Below, piece after piece: positions 16,210 to 26,326 of a stretch of DNA of 41,917 nucleotides. The position numbers and the translations under genes are program-made. Every line of letters begins with the position of its first letter. The first letter of the stretch is position 1. The stretch is from sequence record SRR22947725_1091. The stretch is one strand, 5' to 3'. Below the pieces are notes generated by a model, which saw only the letters and a program-made list of their open reading frames with translations, did not search any database and was not told the origin of the DNA.

Positions 16210-17162
16210 GGGTTAATCCTTGGGTGCGTATCTTGAGCTGACAAGCCAGTTTGCTCGTCGATGCCCAGCATGAGGTTTAAGTTTTGAACGGCGGCACCGG
16301 CAGCCCCTTTGCCAAGATTATCCAAGCGGGCTATGAGCAAGCTTTGCTGCTCATCACCAAAGGCGAAGAGGTCGACTCGGTTGGTGCCGTTGCAGGCCTG
16401 GGGTTCTAGGAAATTCCCGTCTAAACCGGCGGTGTGATTGGGTTCTTGCACCTGGATGTTGGGCTCATTGTGATAAAAGCGCTGCCAATGTTCCGTAATG
16501 CTTGCGGCGCTGATGGGTTTTGCGAAGTGATTTGACGTCAAACCAATTTCGACCAACATCCCTTGGTAAAAGTCACCGACATGAGGCAGGAAGACCGGAT
16601 CATTCTGAAGGCTTGCAAATTGCGTCATCTCAGCCAAGTGTTTGTGCTTGAGTGTCAGGCCATAGGGTCTGCACGCTGTCTGGGATTGATCTTGGTAATC
16701 TTTGATCATGGCCTTACCGCCGCCAGAGTACCCGCTCAACGCGCTGACGAATATCGCCTGTTCAGGTTTTAATAGGCCCAGTGCAATCAGGGGCCGCACG
16801 AGCAAGATGAACCCCGTAGGATAGCAGCCCGGGTTGCTGACGCGCTGTGCGGTTTGAATTTTGCGACGTTGCTCAGGGCATAGTTCTGGCAGGCCATAGG
16901 TCCAGTCTGGATGGGTTCGATGGGCGGTGCTGGCGTCAATTAAGCGCGTTTTTTTTGCAAGCGCTGCCGTTTGACGTGCCGCGTCATCGGGTAAACATAA
17001 AATCGCAACGTCTGCAGCATCCAGGGCTGCCCGTTTTGCTGCATCGGTTTTGCGCTCAGCATCCAACAGCTCGATGAGCTCGATATCGCCGCGCTCGGCC
17101 AAGCGGTCCTTGATTTGCAGGCCCGTGGTGCCGTTTTGACCATCGATGAAAATTTTAAACAT
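16206..17162 (-). CDS. argC: N-acetyl-gamma-glutamyl-phosphate reductase, type 2
   Basis: KIFIDGQNGTTGLQI, DASTAHR, SNPGCYPT, SGYSGGG and DNLGKGAAGAAVQN. Likely start 17162. Confidence 0.95.
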   Translation of the reverse strand: MFKIFIDGQNGTTGLQIKDRLAERGDIELIELLDAERKTDAAKRAALDAADVAILCLPDDAARQTAALAKKTRLIDASTAHRTHPDWTYGLPELCPEQRRKIQTAQRVSNPGCYPTGFILLVRPLIALGLLKPEQAIFVSALSGYSGGGKAMIKDYQDQSQTACRPYGLTLKHKHLAEMTQFASLQNDPVFLPHVGDFYQGMLVEIGLTSNHFAKPISAASITEHWQRFYHNEPNIQVQEPNHTAGLDGNFLEPQACNGTNRVDLFAFGDEQQSLLIARLDNLGKGAAGAAVQNLNLMLGIDEQTGLSAQDTHPRINP

Positions 17163-17249
17163 AAGGCTGTCCTGTCGAGATCTAATGATATCACGACGGA
17201 TGGCCGGCAATAGAAGCCTTATCTTGAGAAATGCGTTGAAACTAGGGGT

Positions 17250-18488
17250 TTACGCGAGATCCCGGATCTTCTCGAGCCGGTCGCGGCGGATGTCCAATGC
17301 ATGGGGCGATTGAAACCAAGGCGCCTGCAGGACCCGGGCTAGGGTGACATCGGGCAGGTCAAGATCTCGTAGATGGTGGATAAACTTGAGCTGCTGAAAC
17401 CCATCAAACCAATTCAGTAAGGCGCGTTGAAAGTGGTTTTTTCGTCCGGCGTTGGCTTCGAGTTTTCGAAAGGTGCTTAGGCAGTTACTGTTGGTAAAGT
17501 AACTTTGAATTTTGGGGTCCGAAACAGCCTCAATTGCGGCCGTTGTTTCGGCGGTGGTTAAGGTGGTGAGCAGTAATTGTAGATGTGCAAATGTCTCTGG
17601 ATTATAAAATAGGGCGGTTTTTTCTAAATTTTGATCAATGAGCGCGCGAACCCCCGTGCCGGTGCCGATGGGCACGCGTTGAGAGAGTCGGGGCGACAAC
17701 ACGACCCGGCCGCCTTGAAGCCGGATAATGGGGCCAATTTTCGCCAATTTATTGAGTAAGTAAAAATCCTCGCCCGTGGCACGTTTTGGAAAGCCGCGCA
17801 CCTGGGCATAGGCGACGGCGTTAATGGCAATGATTGAGCCGAGGCTGGCATGACCAAAACGGGAACCGGCCCATCTCAGCCCACCGGTGAAGTGACTCAA
17901 TTTTAATTCGTACAAGCGCATCGCGGTTTTGAGATGCTCGGGCGCCGGTAACCGGTGCCGGTAGGCGTAAACCCAGCCGGCCGCATCACTGGGTTGGATT
18001 TGGGTAAAGTAATCTTTGGGCAAGCGCGCATCGGCATCGGTTGAGTGAATAATCGGACTTTGAACAGTGCCGTCATTGATCAGTTTCAAAGCAATATCAG
18101 CGCCGATCTTGCGCGCTAAACCTACGCCCTGTTGCTCGGGGATGAGCGCACAAGGATAACACCGGTTAATCACGAGTAAGCCAGCTTTGTCTTTGTGAAG
18201 GCTGGTTTGCCAGAGCGCTTGGGGGCCTGGCCGTGTGCAATAGCCCTCAAAATGCGCCAGCAATGCAAGGGTTTTTGGATGCAGGGCTGGGGCATTAATC
18301 ACAAGAATCAGTAAGCTATCGGTTGGCATTTCAGCCCATAGCCGGGTGAGGGTTGCGGGCCGTTCCGAATAGGCCGGAATCACGAGGACCTGAGAGAATT
18401 GGCGGTGTAGCGTGATTTCAACCCCATCAGGTTCCGAATACTGCGCGAGGTATTGGTCAATGGTTGATTGTTGTCGGTGACTGAACAC
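17250..18488 (-). CDS. Conserved hypothetical protein, possible GT-A (GT2-like) fold
   Basis: VLVIPAYSE, GVGLARKIG, DxD motif STDAD, and GF....GEDFYL resemble GT2 motifs. Confidence 0.65.
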   Translation of the reverse strand: MFSHRQQSTIDQYLAQYSEPDGVEITLHRQFSQVLVIPAYSERPATLTRLWAEMPTDSLLILVINAPALHPKTLALLAHFEGYCTRPGPQALWQTSLHKDKAGLLVINRCYPCALIPEQQGVGLARKIGADIALKLINDGTVQSPIIHSTDADARLPKDYFTQIQPSDAAGWVYAYRHRLPAPEHLKTAMRLYELKLSHFTGGLRWAGSRFGHASLGSIIAINAVAYAQVRGFPKRATGEDFYLLNKLAKIGPIIRLQGGRVVLSPRLSQRVPIGTGTGVRALIDQNLEKTALFYNPETFAHLQLLLTTLTTAETTAAIEAVSDPKIQSYFTNSNCLSTFRKLEANAGRKNHFQRALLNWFDGFQQLKFIHHLRDLDLPDVTLARVLQAPWFQSPHALDIRRDRLEKIRDLA

Positions 18489-18494
18489 GCAGAA

Positions 18495-19064
18495 CTAATG
18501 CAAGCGCGGTCTAATCGGAAGTGCGGTAAGCACCGCGGCTTCTTCGGTTAACCAGAATTCTAATCGCGTCTCAACCTCGCTTGGGTCAAAGTAGGTCAGG
18601 GCAAGATCTAGAAACATCTGATGATGCTGAGATTCGCTGCGCGCAAGGGTTTGGTAGAAGTTCGCAAGTTTTGTGTCATCCAGCGCATTGCCGATCATCT
18701 CGAACCGCTCAGCCCCCCGGGCTTCTATCACCGCAGCAGAGAGCAGCCGATCGAGAAAGTACTCATGGCTGGGCTTGCGTAGGTGTTGCCTAAGAGCATT
18801 GACGTAGTGGTCTTTAACGTCGGCCGTAAGGTTGGACCCTCGCGCTTCGATGAGTCGATAGACTTGCCTGAAGTGGTTTAACTCTTCGAGCGCTAAGTCG
18901 ATCATTGCCCGAGTCAATTGCGTGCGGTCTGGATAATGAGTCACCATCGACATGGCCATAGAAGAGGCTTTACGTTCATTGGCAGCATGATCTTGCAGGA
19001 AGGTTTCAAAATCTGCGAGTACGCATTGCAACCATTCCTTGGAAGATTGAACTTTTAATTTCAC
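18495..19064 (-). CDS. miaE: tRNA-(ms2io6A37) hydroxylase (diiron, ferritin-like)
   Basis: DHAANERKA, EELNHF, IEARGAERF and SESQH. Confidence 0.9.
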   Translation of the reverse strand: MKLKVQSSKEWLQCVLADFETFLQDHAANERKASSMAMSMVTHYPDRTQLTRAMIDLALEELNHFRQVYRLIEARGSNLTADVKDHYVNALRQHLRKPSHEYFLDRLLSAAVIEARGAERFEMIGNALDDTKLANFYQTLARSESQHHQMFLDLALTYFDPSEVETRLEFWLTEEAAVLTALPIRPRLH

Positions 19065-19708
19065 AGTATCCGCCGAATAAAGATCGCGATGTCTTCAATC
19101 TCCTCGAGGCACACTTGGTGTGCCATCGGGTAGTCCTGCCAGGTGACGTCATAGCCCAACCGGATCAGATTTTCTCTGGCGGTGGCGGCTCTCATGATCG
19201 GTATCATTGGATCGCCCTGGCCATGCCCCATGAAAATCGGAAGCGCGAGGTTTTCGTCGTGACGTTCAGTCTCGAGGCCCTGGGGGTCGTGCAGGTAAGT
19301 GGAGATCGCAATCACGCCGGCCAGGCGGTGTTGAAGCCGGAGCGCTGTGTGTAAGGCAATGACGCCGCCTTGTGAAAATCCCGCTAGGATGATCCGGTGA
19401 CTTTGGATCCCTGCGTCAAGTTGTTGATCGATAATCAGTCGAATTTGATCGGCGGATGCTTGGACATCTACCGAGCTGCCGCGCTCTGAATGAAATTGAA
19501 AGTCGTACCAAGCGCGCATCTCGTCGCCATTGTTAATGGAGACTGGGCGAATTGGTGCATGCGGAAAGATGTAGCGAATGGCAATATCAGACAGGCCGAG
19601 TTCAGGCACAATGGGTTCAAAGTCGTGCCCGTCGGCGCCCAGGCCGTGCAACCAAATTAAGCTCGCATCAGCAGGTGTTTCCGGTTCAATTGTGATGTGC
19701 TCAAGCAT
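19061..19708 (-). CDS. Carboxylesterase/phospholipase (abhydrolase_2)
   Basis: IWLHGLGADG, MRAWYD, GFSQGG, HGQGD and MAHQV. Confidence 0.92.
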   Translation of the reverse strand: MLEHITIEPETPADASLIWLHGLGADGHDFEPIVPELGLSDIAIRYIFPHAPIRPVSINNGDEMRAWYDFQFHSERGSSVDVQASADQIRLIIDQQLDAGIQSHRIILAGFSQGGVIALHTALRLQHRLAGVIAISTYLHDPQGLETERHDENLALPIFMGHGQGDPMIPIMRAATARENLIRLGYDVTWQDYPMAHQVCLEEIEDIAIFIRRIL

Positions 19709-19842
19709 GGTTGTTCCCTCGTGACTTAAATGGGCAGAGCATAACGCGGATCAGGTTGATCCTCTATATCGTCTGCCCGCGGCCAGATTTGCTCACGGCG
19801 AGTGATTGTGCCTAAATATCGGCAGACCTATAGGAGACGCAA

Positions 19843-20976
19843 ATGGGACCGTTAACAGGAATTAAAATCATTGAATTAGCCGGCATTGGCCCGGGGCCCT
19901 TCTGTGGAATGATGTTATCAGACATGGGCGCCGAAGTGATCCGCGTGGATCGCTTGGGGAGTAGAGCGCGTGGACAAGATGTATTGAACCGAGGTCGCAA
20001 ATCGATCGCAGTTGACTTGAAGTCGGATGCAGGCCGCGAAGTCGTGCTGAAGCTGTGTGAGTCTGCAGATGCTATTTTTGAGGGATTTCGACCGGGTGTT
20101 ACCGAACGGTTAGGGCTCGGGCCGGATGATTGCCGCGCCCGCAATAAGCGCCTAGTTTATGGGCGAATGACGGGCTGGGGACAAGATGGCCCGATGGCAC
20201 AGGCCGCCGGGCATGATATCAATTACATTGCGCTGACAGGCGCGCTGCATGCGATTGGTCCGAAAGGCGGTAAACCGGTTCCGCCTTTGAATTTGGTTGG
20301 TGACTTTGGCGGCGGTGGTATGTTGTTGGCTTTTGGGTTGGTCTGCGCGTTGTTAGAGGCGGGGCGCTCCGGTGAGGGACAAGTCGTTGATGCGGCGATG
20401 GTGGATGGTGCGGCAGCCCTCATGGCGATGTTTTTTACGATGAAAGCGGGGGGGATGTTTCAGGAATCAAGAGCGAGCAATATGTTAGACGGCGGCGCTC
20501 ACTTTTATGGTACCTATGAAACCAAAGATGCAAAACACATTGCGCTCGGCTCTATTGAACCTCAGTTTTATGCCTTGCTCATTGAAAAGGCCGGATTAGA
20601 TGCGGAAGATTTTAGTGCTCAGATGGATCAAAGCCGCTGGCCTGAATACCAAGAAAAGTTAACGCGCGTGTTTAAAACCAAAACTCGGGATGAATGGACC
20701 GCCATCATGGAAGGCTCGGATGTGTGTTTCGCGCCAGTCCTCGCGCTCAGTGAAGTGGCTGAGCATCCTCATAATAAAGCACGTGGCACCTTTCAGGAGC
20801 TGGATGGTTTGACGCAACCGGCGCCAGCGCCGCGCTTTAGCCGAACGGGGGTGAGTCTAAGCCATGCTTCACGCGCGCCGGGTCAGGATAGCCAACAGGT
20901 CTTACTTGATGCGGGTTATGACGCCGAGGCCGTGGCTGAAATGATTCGAACGGGCGCTGTGAGTATTCCGGAGTAA
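19843..20976 (+). CDS. CaiB/BaiF family III CoA-transferase, alpha-methylacyl-CoA racemase type
   Basis: [22 protein letters not shown], and GHDINY plus GDFGGG (racemase-type His/Asp pair). Confidence 0.88.
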   Translation: MGPLTGIKIIELAGIGPGPFCGMMLSDMGAEVIRVDRLGSRARGQDVLNRGRKSIAVDLKSDAGREVVLKLCESADAIFEGFRPGVTERLGLGPDDCRARNKRLVYGRMTGWGQDGPMAQAAGHDINYIALTGALHAIGPKGGKPVPPLNLVGDFGGGGMLLAFGLVCALLEAGRSGEGQVVDAAMVDGAAALMAMFFTMKAGGMFQESRASNMLDGGAHFYGTYETKDAKHIALGSIEPQFYALLIEKAGLDAEDFSAQMDQSRWPEYQEKLTRVFKTKTRDEWTAIMEGSDVCFAPVLALSEVAEHPHNKARGTFQELDGLTQPAPAPRFSRTGVSLSHASRAPGQDSQQVLLDAGYDAEAVAEMIRTGAVSIPE

Positions 20977-20979
20977 GTC

Positions 20980-22902
20980 TTGGCTGATTCTGTGCATTAT
21001 GCAGCGGCTTTTGAGTCCGCGGTGAGCAATCCTCAAGGCTTCTGGACGGAAGCAGCCGAGCGAGTGGCTTGGATTAAGCCGCCGGTCACGACCCTGAAGA
21101 CCCGAGGTGATGGCTTGGCCGACTGGTATGAAGGCGGCACGCTGAATACCTGCCACCTTGCGTTGGATTTGCACATCGAGCAGGGCCGAGGGGATCAAAT
21201 TGCCTTGATTTATGACTCCCCCGCCTCGGGTGAGATTCAACAATGGACTTTCGCCGAGTTGCTTGCTGAGGTTGCCCGACTCGCAGGACTGTTGACGAGT
21301 GAAGGGGTCTCGTTGGGTGACCGGGTGATCATTTATTTGCCGATGGTGCCAGAGGCCGTGTTTGCCATGTTGGCCTGCGCCAGAATTGGGGCAATCCATT
21401 CGGTGGTTTTTGGGGGGTTTGCCGCAAAAGAATTGGCAACCCGAATTGACGATGCGACGCCAAAGGTGCTGCTAACGGCTAGTTGCGGCCTTGAATTTGA
21501 TCAAGTGATCCCCTATCTGCCGTTGGTTGATGAGGCCTGTCAGTTGGCTCGCCACACGGTTGCCACCCGAATCGTCCTGCAGCGAAAGCAACTGCACGCA
21601 ACCTTGCAGCACGGCGATCTTGATTGGCAGACGGCCATTGCTCGCGCAGAGCCGGTCGGGTTTGTCGAAGTTCCCGCGAGTCATCCGCTTTATATTCTTT
21701 ATACCTCTGGTACAACGGGTAAACCAAAAGGGGTGGTGCGTGATCACGGTGGCCACGCGGTTGCATTACTACAAAGTATGGCGGAAACCTATGGCGCGGC
21801 GGCTGGCGACGTGTTTTGGGCGGCCTCGGATGTGGGGTGGGTAGTAGGCCATTCTTACATTGTATATGCGCCGCTGCTGGCAGGGTGCACGACGATCTTA
21901 TTTGAAGGCAAGCCCGTTAGAACACCGGATGCGGGCACTTTTTGGCGGGTCATTGAGGCGCACCGAGTCAACGTGTTTTTTACCGCACCGACCGCATTTC
22001 GAGCCATTCGCAAAGAGGATCCAGCGGGAGATCGGCTTAAAAACTATGAATTGAGCAGCTTGCGGCAGGTGTTTGTGGCGGGCGAGCGGACCGACCCGTC
22101 AACGTTTCAATGGCTGAGCAGTTTGTTGAAGCGTCCTATTATCGATCATTGGTGGCAGACCGAAACGGGTTGGCCGGTGGCGGGGGTGCCCCAGGGTTAT
22201 GCCGATGACCTGGCCATCATCGAAGGATCCGCAGGGGTTGTTTTGCCTGGATTTGAGGTTGTTATAGTCGATGAGCACAACCAGCCCTGTGCTGCGAATG
22301 AAACCGGTGCCGTGGTGCTGAAATTACCCCTACCGCCCGGCTGTTTGCCGACGGTTTGGAATGATCATGCGCGATTGGTTGCAGCCTATCTAGAAGAATA
22401 TCCCGGGTACTACCACACGGGTGATGGTGGGTATATTGATGATGCGGGTTATCTGTTCATCATGGGCCGAACCGATGATGTGATCAATGTCGCGGGGCAC
22501 CGCCTTTCAACCGGCGAGATGGAGGCCATCGTTGCGGCACACCCGGCCGTTGCTGAGTGTGCGGTGGTTGGCGTGCAAGACAGGGATAAAGGACAAGTTC
22601 CGGTTGGCCTCGTGATTCTCAAGGACAACAGCGCCGCCGCATTTTCAGAGATTCAAAAAGAACTAATCCAACGGGTCAGAAAAGAAATCGGGGCCTTTGC
22701 AAATTTTAAATTGGTGATTGAGGTGGCGCGATTACCTAAGACGCGCTCGGGTAAGATTCTGCGTAAGACGCTTCGCCAAATTGCAGATGGCTTGACGGTT
22801 GAAGCGCCGGCCACCATTGATGACCCCAAAATTCTGGACGAAATTGCCGCGGGCTTCATTCTTTCCGGCATTGGGGAAATTGCAAGGCGATCTGATGGGT
22901 AG
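20980..22902 (+). CDS. prpE: Propionyl-CoA synthetase-like acyl-CoA ligase
   Basis: YTSGTTGKPKG, SDVGWVVGHSY, DHWWQTE and PKTRSGK. Confidence 0.85.
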   Translation: MADSVHYAAAFESAVSNPQGFWTEAAERVAWIKPPVTTLKTRGDGLADWYEGGTLNTCHLALDLHIEQGRGDQIALIYDSPASGEIQQWTFAELLAEVARLAGLLTSEGVSLGDRVIIYLPMVPEAVFAMLACARIGAIHSVVFGGFAAKELATRIDDATPKVLLTASCGLEFDQVIPYLPLVDEACQLARHTVATRIVLQRKQLHATLQHGDLDWQTAIARAEPVGFVEVPASHPLYILYTSGTTGKPKGVVRDHGGHAVALLQSMAETYGAAAGDVFWAASDVGWVVGHSYIVYAPLLAGCTTILFEGKPVRTPDAGTFWRVIEAHRVNVFFTAPTAFRAIRKEDPAGDRLKNYELSSLRQVFVAGERTDPSTFQWLSSLLKRPIIDHWWQTETGWPVAGVPQGYADDLAIIEGSAGVVLPGFEVVIVDEHNQPCAANETGAVVLKLPLPPGCLPTVWNDHARLVAAYLEEYPGYYHTGDGGYIDDAGYLFIMGRTDDVINVAGHRLSTGEMEAIVAAHPAVAECAVVGVQDRDKGQVPVGLVILKDNSAAAFSEIQKELIQRVRKEIGAFANFKLVIEVARLPKTRSGKILRKTLRQIADGLTVEAPATIDDPKILDEIAAGFILSGIGEIARRSDG

Positions 22903-23662
22903 TGTCGTCATTACAGGTGCAAGTTCCGGGTTTGGTCGCGCGGCGGCGAAGTGCTTTTCCGAGGCGGGCTTCGATTTGGTGCTGGTGGCGCGCCGTGCAG
23001 ACCGGCTTGCTGAGGTGAAAGCTGCGCTTTCAAGCAAGGTCGATGTTTTAACGATTGCACTCGATGTTCGCGATAAGGACGATGTCCTAGCGTCTTTGAC
23101 CGCACTGCCGGATCAAATGGCAGAGGTCTCAGTCTTAATTAATAGTGCTGGACTGGCCTTGGGATTGGGCGGTGCAAATGATGCGGACCTGGATGATTGG
23201 GACGCCATGGTGGATACCAATATCAAAGGTTTGATGTATTGCACGCGCGCGATCTTGCCAGGGATGGTTGCTCGAGGCGCTGGTCAGATTATCAATCTAG
23301 GCTCGGTCGCCGGCAGCTGGCCTTACCCTGGTGGTAATGTCTATGGGGGTACCAAAGCGTTTGTTCAGCAATTTAGTCGAAACCTTCGAGCCGATCTTTT
23401 GGGAAAAGGAATTCGAGTCACCAATATTGAGCCCGGAATGTGTGAGACGGAATTCTCCAAAGTGCGATTTGGTGGTGATGAGGTGCAAGCTGCCGCGGTC
23501 TATCAAGGTATGCAGCCCTTGTCAGCGGAAGATGTTGCTGAAGTTATCTTGTGGGTCGCTATGCGCCCGCCTCACGTCAATGTTAATCAGCTCGAGCTGA
23601 TGCCGGTCTCTCAGGCCTGGTCTGGCTTTTCGGTTCATCGTGAAGATGGAGCAGGTGGATGA
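22895..23662 (+). CDS. NADP-dependent SDR, YdfG-like 3-hydroxyacid dehydrogenase
   Basis: TGASSGFG, NSAGLALG, YPGGNVYGGTK and PPHVNVN. Likely start ATG 22895. Confidence 0.85.
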   Translation: MGSVVITGASSGFGRAAAKCFSEAGFDLVLVARRADRLAEVKAALSSKVDVLTIALDVRDKDDVLASLTALPDQMAEVSVLINSAGLALGLGGANDADLDDWDAMVDTNIKGLMYCTRAILPGMVARGAGQIINLGSVAGSWPYPGGNVYGGTKAFVQQFSRNLRADLLGKGIRVTNIEPGMCETEFSKVRFGGDEVQAAAVYQGMQPLSAEDVAEVILWVAMRPPHVNVNQLELMPVSQAWSGFSVHREDGAGG

Positions 23663-24039
23663 TAATTGTTCATGGTGTTTTGCTGGTTGTTAAAGATCAG
23701 CGGTCTCGTGCGCAGGTCTTGATGCAGGAAATGGCGACGGCGAGCCGGCTTGAAGCGGGTTGCATAAGCTATGAGTTTTACGCGTCGTTAACCAATCCCC
23801 GTCAATTCCTATTGTTCCAAGAATGGGCGTCGGTAGAGGCGCTGCAAGATCACTTTCAGACCGCGCATATGGAAATTTTCCTTGAGCAATTGCCGGATAT
23901 TTTAGACGGTGAGATTGTGACTCGGCGGTATGAAGTCCGACAACAGCAAGGGCGCTCACAAGCATTGGGTGAGGTCGATGCTGAACCTGAACGGTCCCCG
24001 AGTGCCCCCGAGATGTCTGTTCCGAAAATTATTCATTGA
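23659..24039 (+). CDS. ABM-domain putative quinol monooxygenase
   Basis: SRLEAGCISYEF and FQEW.S.EALQDHFQTAH; ATGA overlap with the upstream gene. Confidence 0.82.
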   Translation: MIIVHGVLLVVKDQRSRAQVLMQEMATASRLEAGCISYEFYASLTNPRQFLLFQEWASVEALQDHFQTAHMEIFLEQLPDILDGEIVTRRYEVRQQQGRSQALGEVDAEPERSPSAPEMSVPKIIH

Positions 24040-24278
24040 TGTTCGAGTGATTGTCGGCGGTGGTGCGACAAGATTTGAAGTGGGGCGACACCTTCTGGAT
24101 TTGACGGGCGCAATCTGAATCTGTGGTCTTTGGGGTAAGGCCGCCCAGCCTACTGCCACAGGCTGATATGATGGCCTCGTGACGTCAGGGCCGATCAATG
24201 GATACACCGTAACTCAAAAGTGGCCAATGTGCTTTGACTGCAGCGCGTTTTTTGTGGCGCGCATTTCATGCAAAGCGC

Positions 24279-24662
24279 TTAAGGATCGACGGCATCAAGG
24301 TCCAGGCTAGACGACAGAAGCCGCACGATATTCTCGATAGGGCGTCCAATGCAGGCTGATCCTTGATGCAAAAGGATTGGGCGCTCAATTAGGACCGGAT
24401 AGGTCGCGCAGAGATCAATTAAGGCCTCATCGTTGAGATCGGAAAGATTTATGCCCTTTGTTTTTAATATAGGCTCGTTCATTCGAATCAAGGCGCTCGG
24501 CGCGAGTTTGAGTAAGCCAAGAAGCTGCGCAATTTCAGCAGGATTAAGCGGGTCCTGAAGATATTCTCGAATCAAAAAAGGGATATTTTCGGCCTGTAAC
24601 AGGGCAAGGGCTGCGCGGGATTTTGAGCAATTTGGATTGTGGTACAGTACGGTTTGGGTCAT
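24279..24662 (-). CDS. arsC: ArsC/YfgD-family glutaredoxin-dependent reductase
   Basis: YHNPNCSKSR, LIERPI and IGRP. Confidence 0.88.
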   Translation of the reverse strand: MTQTVLYHNPNCSKSRAALALLQAENIPFLIREYLQDPLNPAEIAQLLGLLKLAPSALIRMNEPILKTKGINLSDLNDEALIDLCATYPVLIERPILLHQGSACIGRPIENIVRLLSSSLDLDAVDP

Positions 24663-24678
24663 AGGTATCGAGCAGATC

Positions 24679-25521
24679 TTGGACGAGTCAGGCGAAGATT
24701 TTGCCCAAAAAGAGGTGGTTTTAACAGCGCGCGTCGGGCGCGCAGTTGAAAAGGCGCGCCGCTTTGCGAAAAACTGTCAGGCAGATCGTTGTCAGATGAT
24801 TGCGGGGGCGCTAACCCTTCAGACATTGTTTGCCTTGGTGCCTGGGCTGACGATTGCGTATCTGTCGCTATCGACGTTTGAGACGTCCCTGGCTTTAAGT
24901 CGTTCGATGGAGAACGTTATTTTCTCGTATGTTGTTCCCGAAAGCGTCGGCAAGGCCCAAGAATATCTAAGGCAGTTCTCAGATCAAGCCCAAACTTTGA
25001 GCATTCCAAGCGCTGTCCTGCTGGGCATTACGGCCATTTTAATGCTGAACACGATCGAGCAGACCTTCAATCAAATTTGGCGAGTCACAGCGCCGCGAAC
25101 CGGTTTGCGCAGGTTGGCGGTCTACATCGCCCTGCTAACCCTCGGGCCACTGCTGTTGGTCTTGGGATTGTCGATTACGATTTATGTTTTTTCATTACCG
25201 TACCTTTCTAATCTTGCGGGTTCCCAATGGGGGCTTTGGATATTGCCGTTCTTAACCAGTGCGGCTATGTACACCCTGGCCTATTGGGTCATTCCCAATG
25301 CCTTAGTGAATTGGCGGCATGCATTGCTCGGCGGGCTTGGCGTTGCGGTGATCTTTGAGGTCGCTCGGTTTGGTTTTGCGCTGGTGATGACCTATTCGGA
25401 CATGGCGGTGGTTTACGGCGCCTTCGCTGTATTGCCTGGGTTGCTGCTTTGGATCTATATCTCTTGGCTTATTATTTTAGGGGGCGCGGAGTTGGTCGCC
25501 GAAATCGGTGGCCGTGAATGA
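24679..25521 (+). CDS. YihY/BrkB-family inner membrane protein (start uncertain, 24637-24715)
   Basis: AGALTLQTLFALVP, IEQTFNQIWRV, VYGAFAVLP and WIYISWLIILGGAE. Confidence 0.85.
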   Translation: MDESGEDFAQKEVVLTARVGRAVEKARRFAKNCQADRCQMIAGALTLQTLFALVPGLTIAYLSLSTFETSLALSRSMENVIFSYVVPESVGKAQEYLRQFSDQAQTLSIPSAVLLGITAILMLNTIEQTFNQIWRVTAPRTGLRRLAVYIALLTLGPLLLVLGLSITIYVFSLPYLSNLAGSQWGLWILPFLTSAAMYTLAYWVIPNALVNWRHALLGGLGVAVIFEVARFGFALVMTYSDMAVVYGAFAVLPGLLLWIYISWLIILGGAELVAEIGGRE

Positions 25522-25841
25522 GCATGTCGAGGGGCGCAGGTTGATGTAAGGCTGGATCAATGGCTGAGAGACCTGCTCGTCAATAAAAAAGCGTCTTGTC
25601 CAACGCGTGTTGGATGCAGGGATCAAGGTTTTACTTGCCTGTAACCCAGCGTCGTTCCGTAATTTTGGGCAGTCTGATCGGTACGGGTTTTGGGGTAATA
25701 TCCTCATCAGAAGGCGCCTTCATCTCACCGGGACGTCGCTTGAGTAAATTTGCTGGGGTTACTTCGTAAAGGAAACGGTCAGCAAGCCAAAGATGTGCGT
25801 TGACGTAAAATAACAGTTTGAATGAAACGGGAATCGTGTCC

Positions 25842-26297
25842 ATGAAACGATGTTTTTTGATTTTGGCTTGGGTTGTATTAGTCGGTTGCGAGCGACCGGT
25901 CTTTGAGGTTGTTGGCGGCAGCGGGTTCTCGGATTCAGATCTTAAAGATCGATGGCTGGTGATCAATTATTGGGCGACTTGGTGCGGGCCATGTATTACT
26001 GAGATTCCTGAGTTTAACGAGATTCACCATAACCCGCGGTCTGATTTAATTGTGCTCGGGGTTAATTTTGATGCGCCCAGCGAGCGTTCGACGCAGCAGG
26101 CTGACCTTAAAAAGATGAAGATTGAATTCCCCGTTGTGATTCAAGACCCGGCCGTGCGATTTGGTTATGACGTGCCATCGGTCCTGCCGACGACCGTGAT
26201 TGTTAGACCGGATGGCACTATCGCTGCGCAGTTGGTTGGACCTCAAACGAAGGCCAGTGTGATGCAGGTTATTGGTGCGCCTTTGGTCTCTGGATAG
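25842..26297 (+). CDS. TlpA-like thiol-disulfide oxidoreductase, probable lipoprotein
   Basis: INYWATWCGPC thioredoxin motif and lipobox LVGC. Likely start MKRCF at 25842. Confidence 0.9.
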   Translation: MKRCFLILAWVVLVGCERPVFEVVGGSGFSDSDLKDRWLVINYWATWCGPCITEIPEFNEIHHNPRSDLIVLGVNFDAPSERSTQQADLKKMKIEFPVVIQDPAVRFGYDVPSVLPTTVIVRPDGTIAAQLVGPQTKASVMQVIGAPLVSG

Positions 26298-26326
26298 CCG
26301 CTGGGTTGACCGCGGCAGAGAGAGGC

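Noticed and set aside
23956-24278. 83-aa minus-strand ORF or RNA element between the ABM gene and arsC
   Set aside because: Pro/Arg-rich with no family signal, overlaps the ABM gene end, and I saw no convincing structure or terminator.
25522-25841. 320-nt gap between yihY and tlpA
   Set aside because: Only short or overlapping ORFs and one weak hairpin (TCCAAC-GCGT-GTTGGA); nothing supportable.
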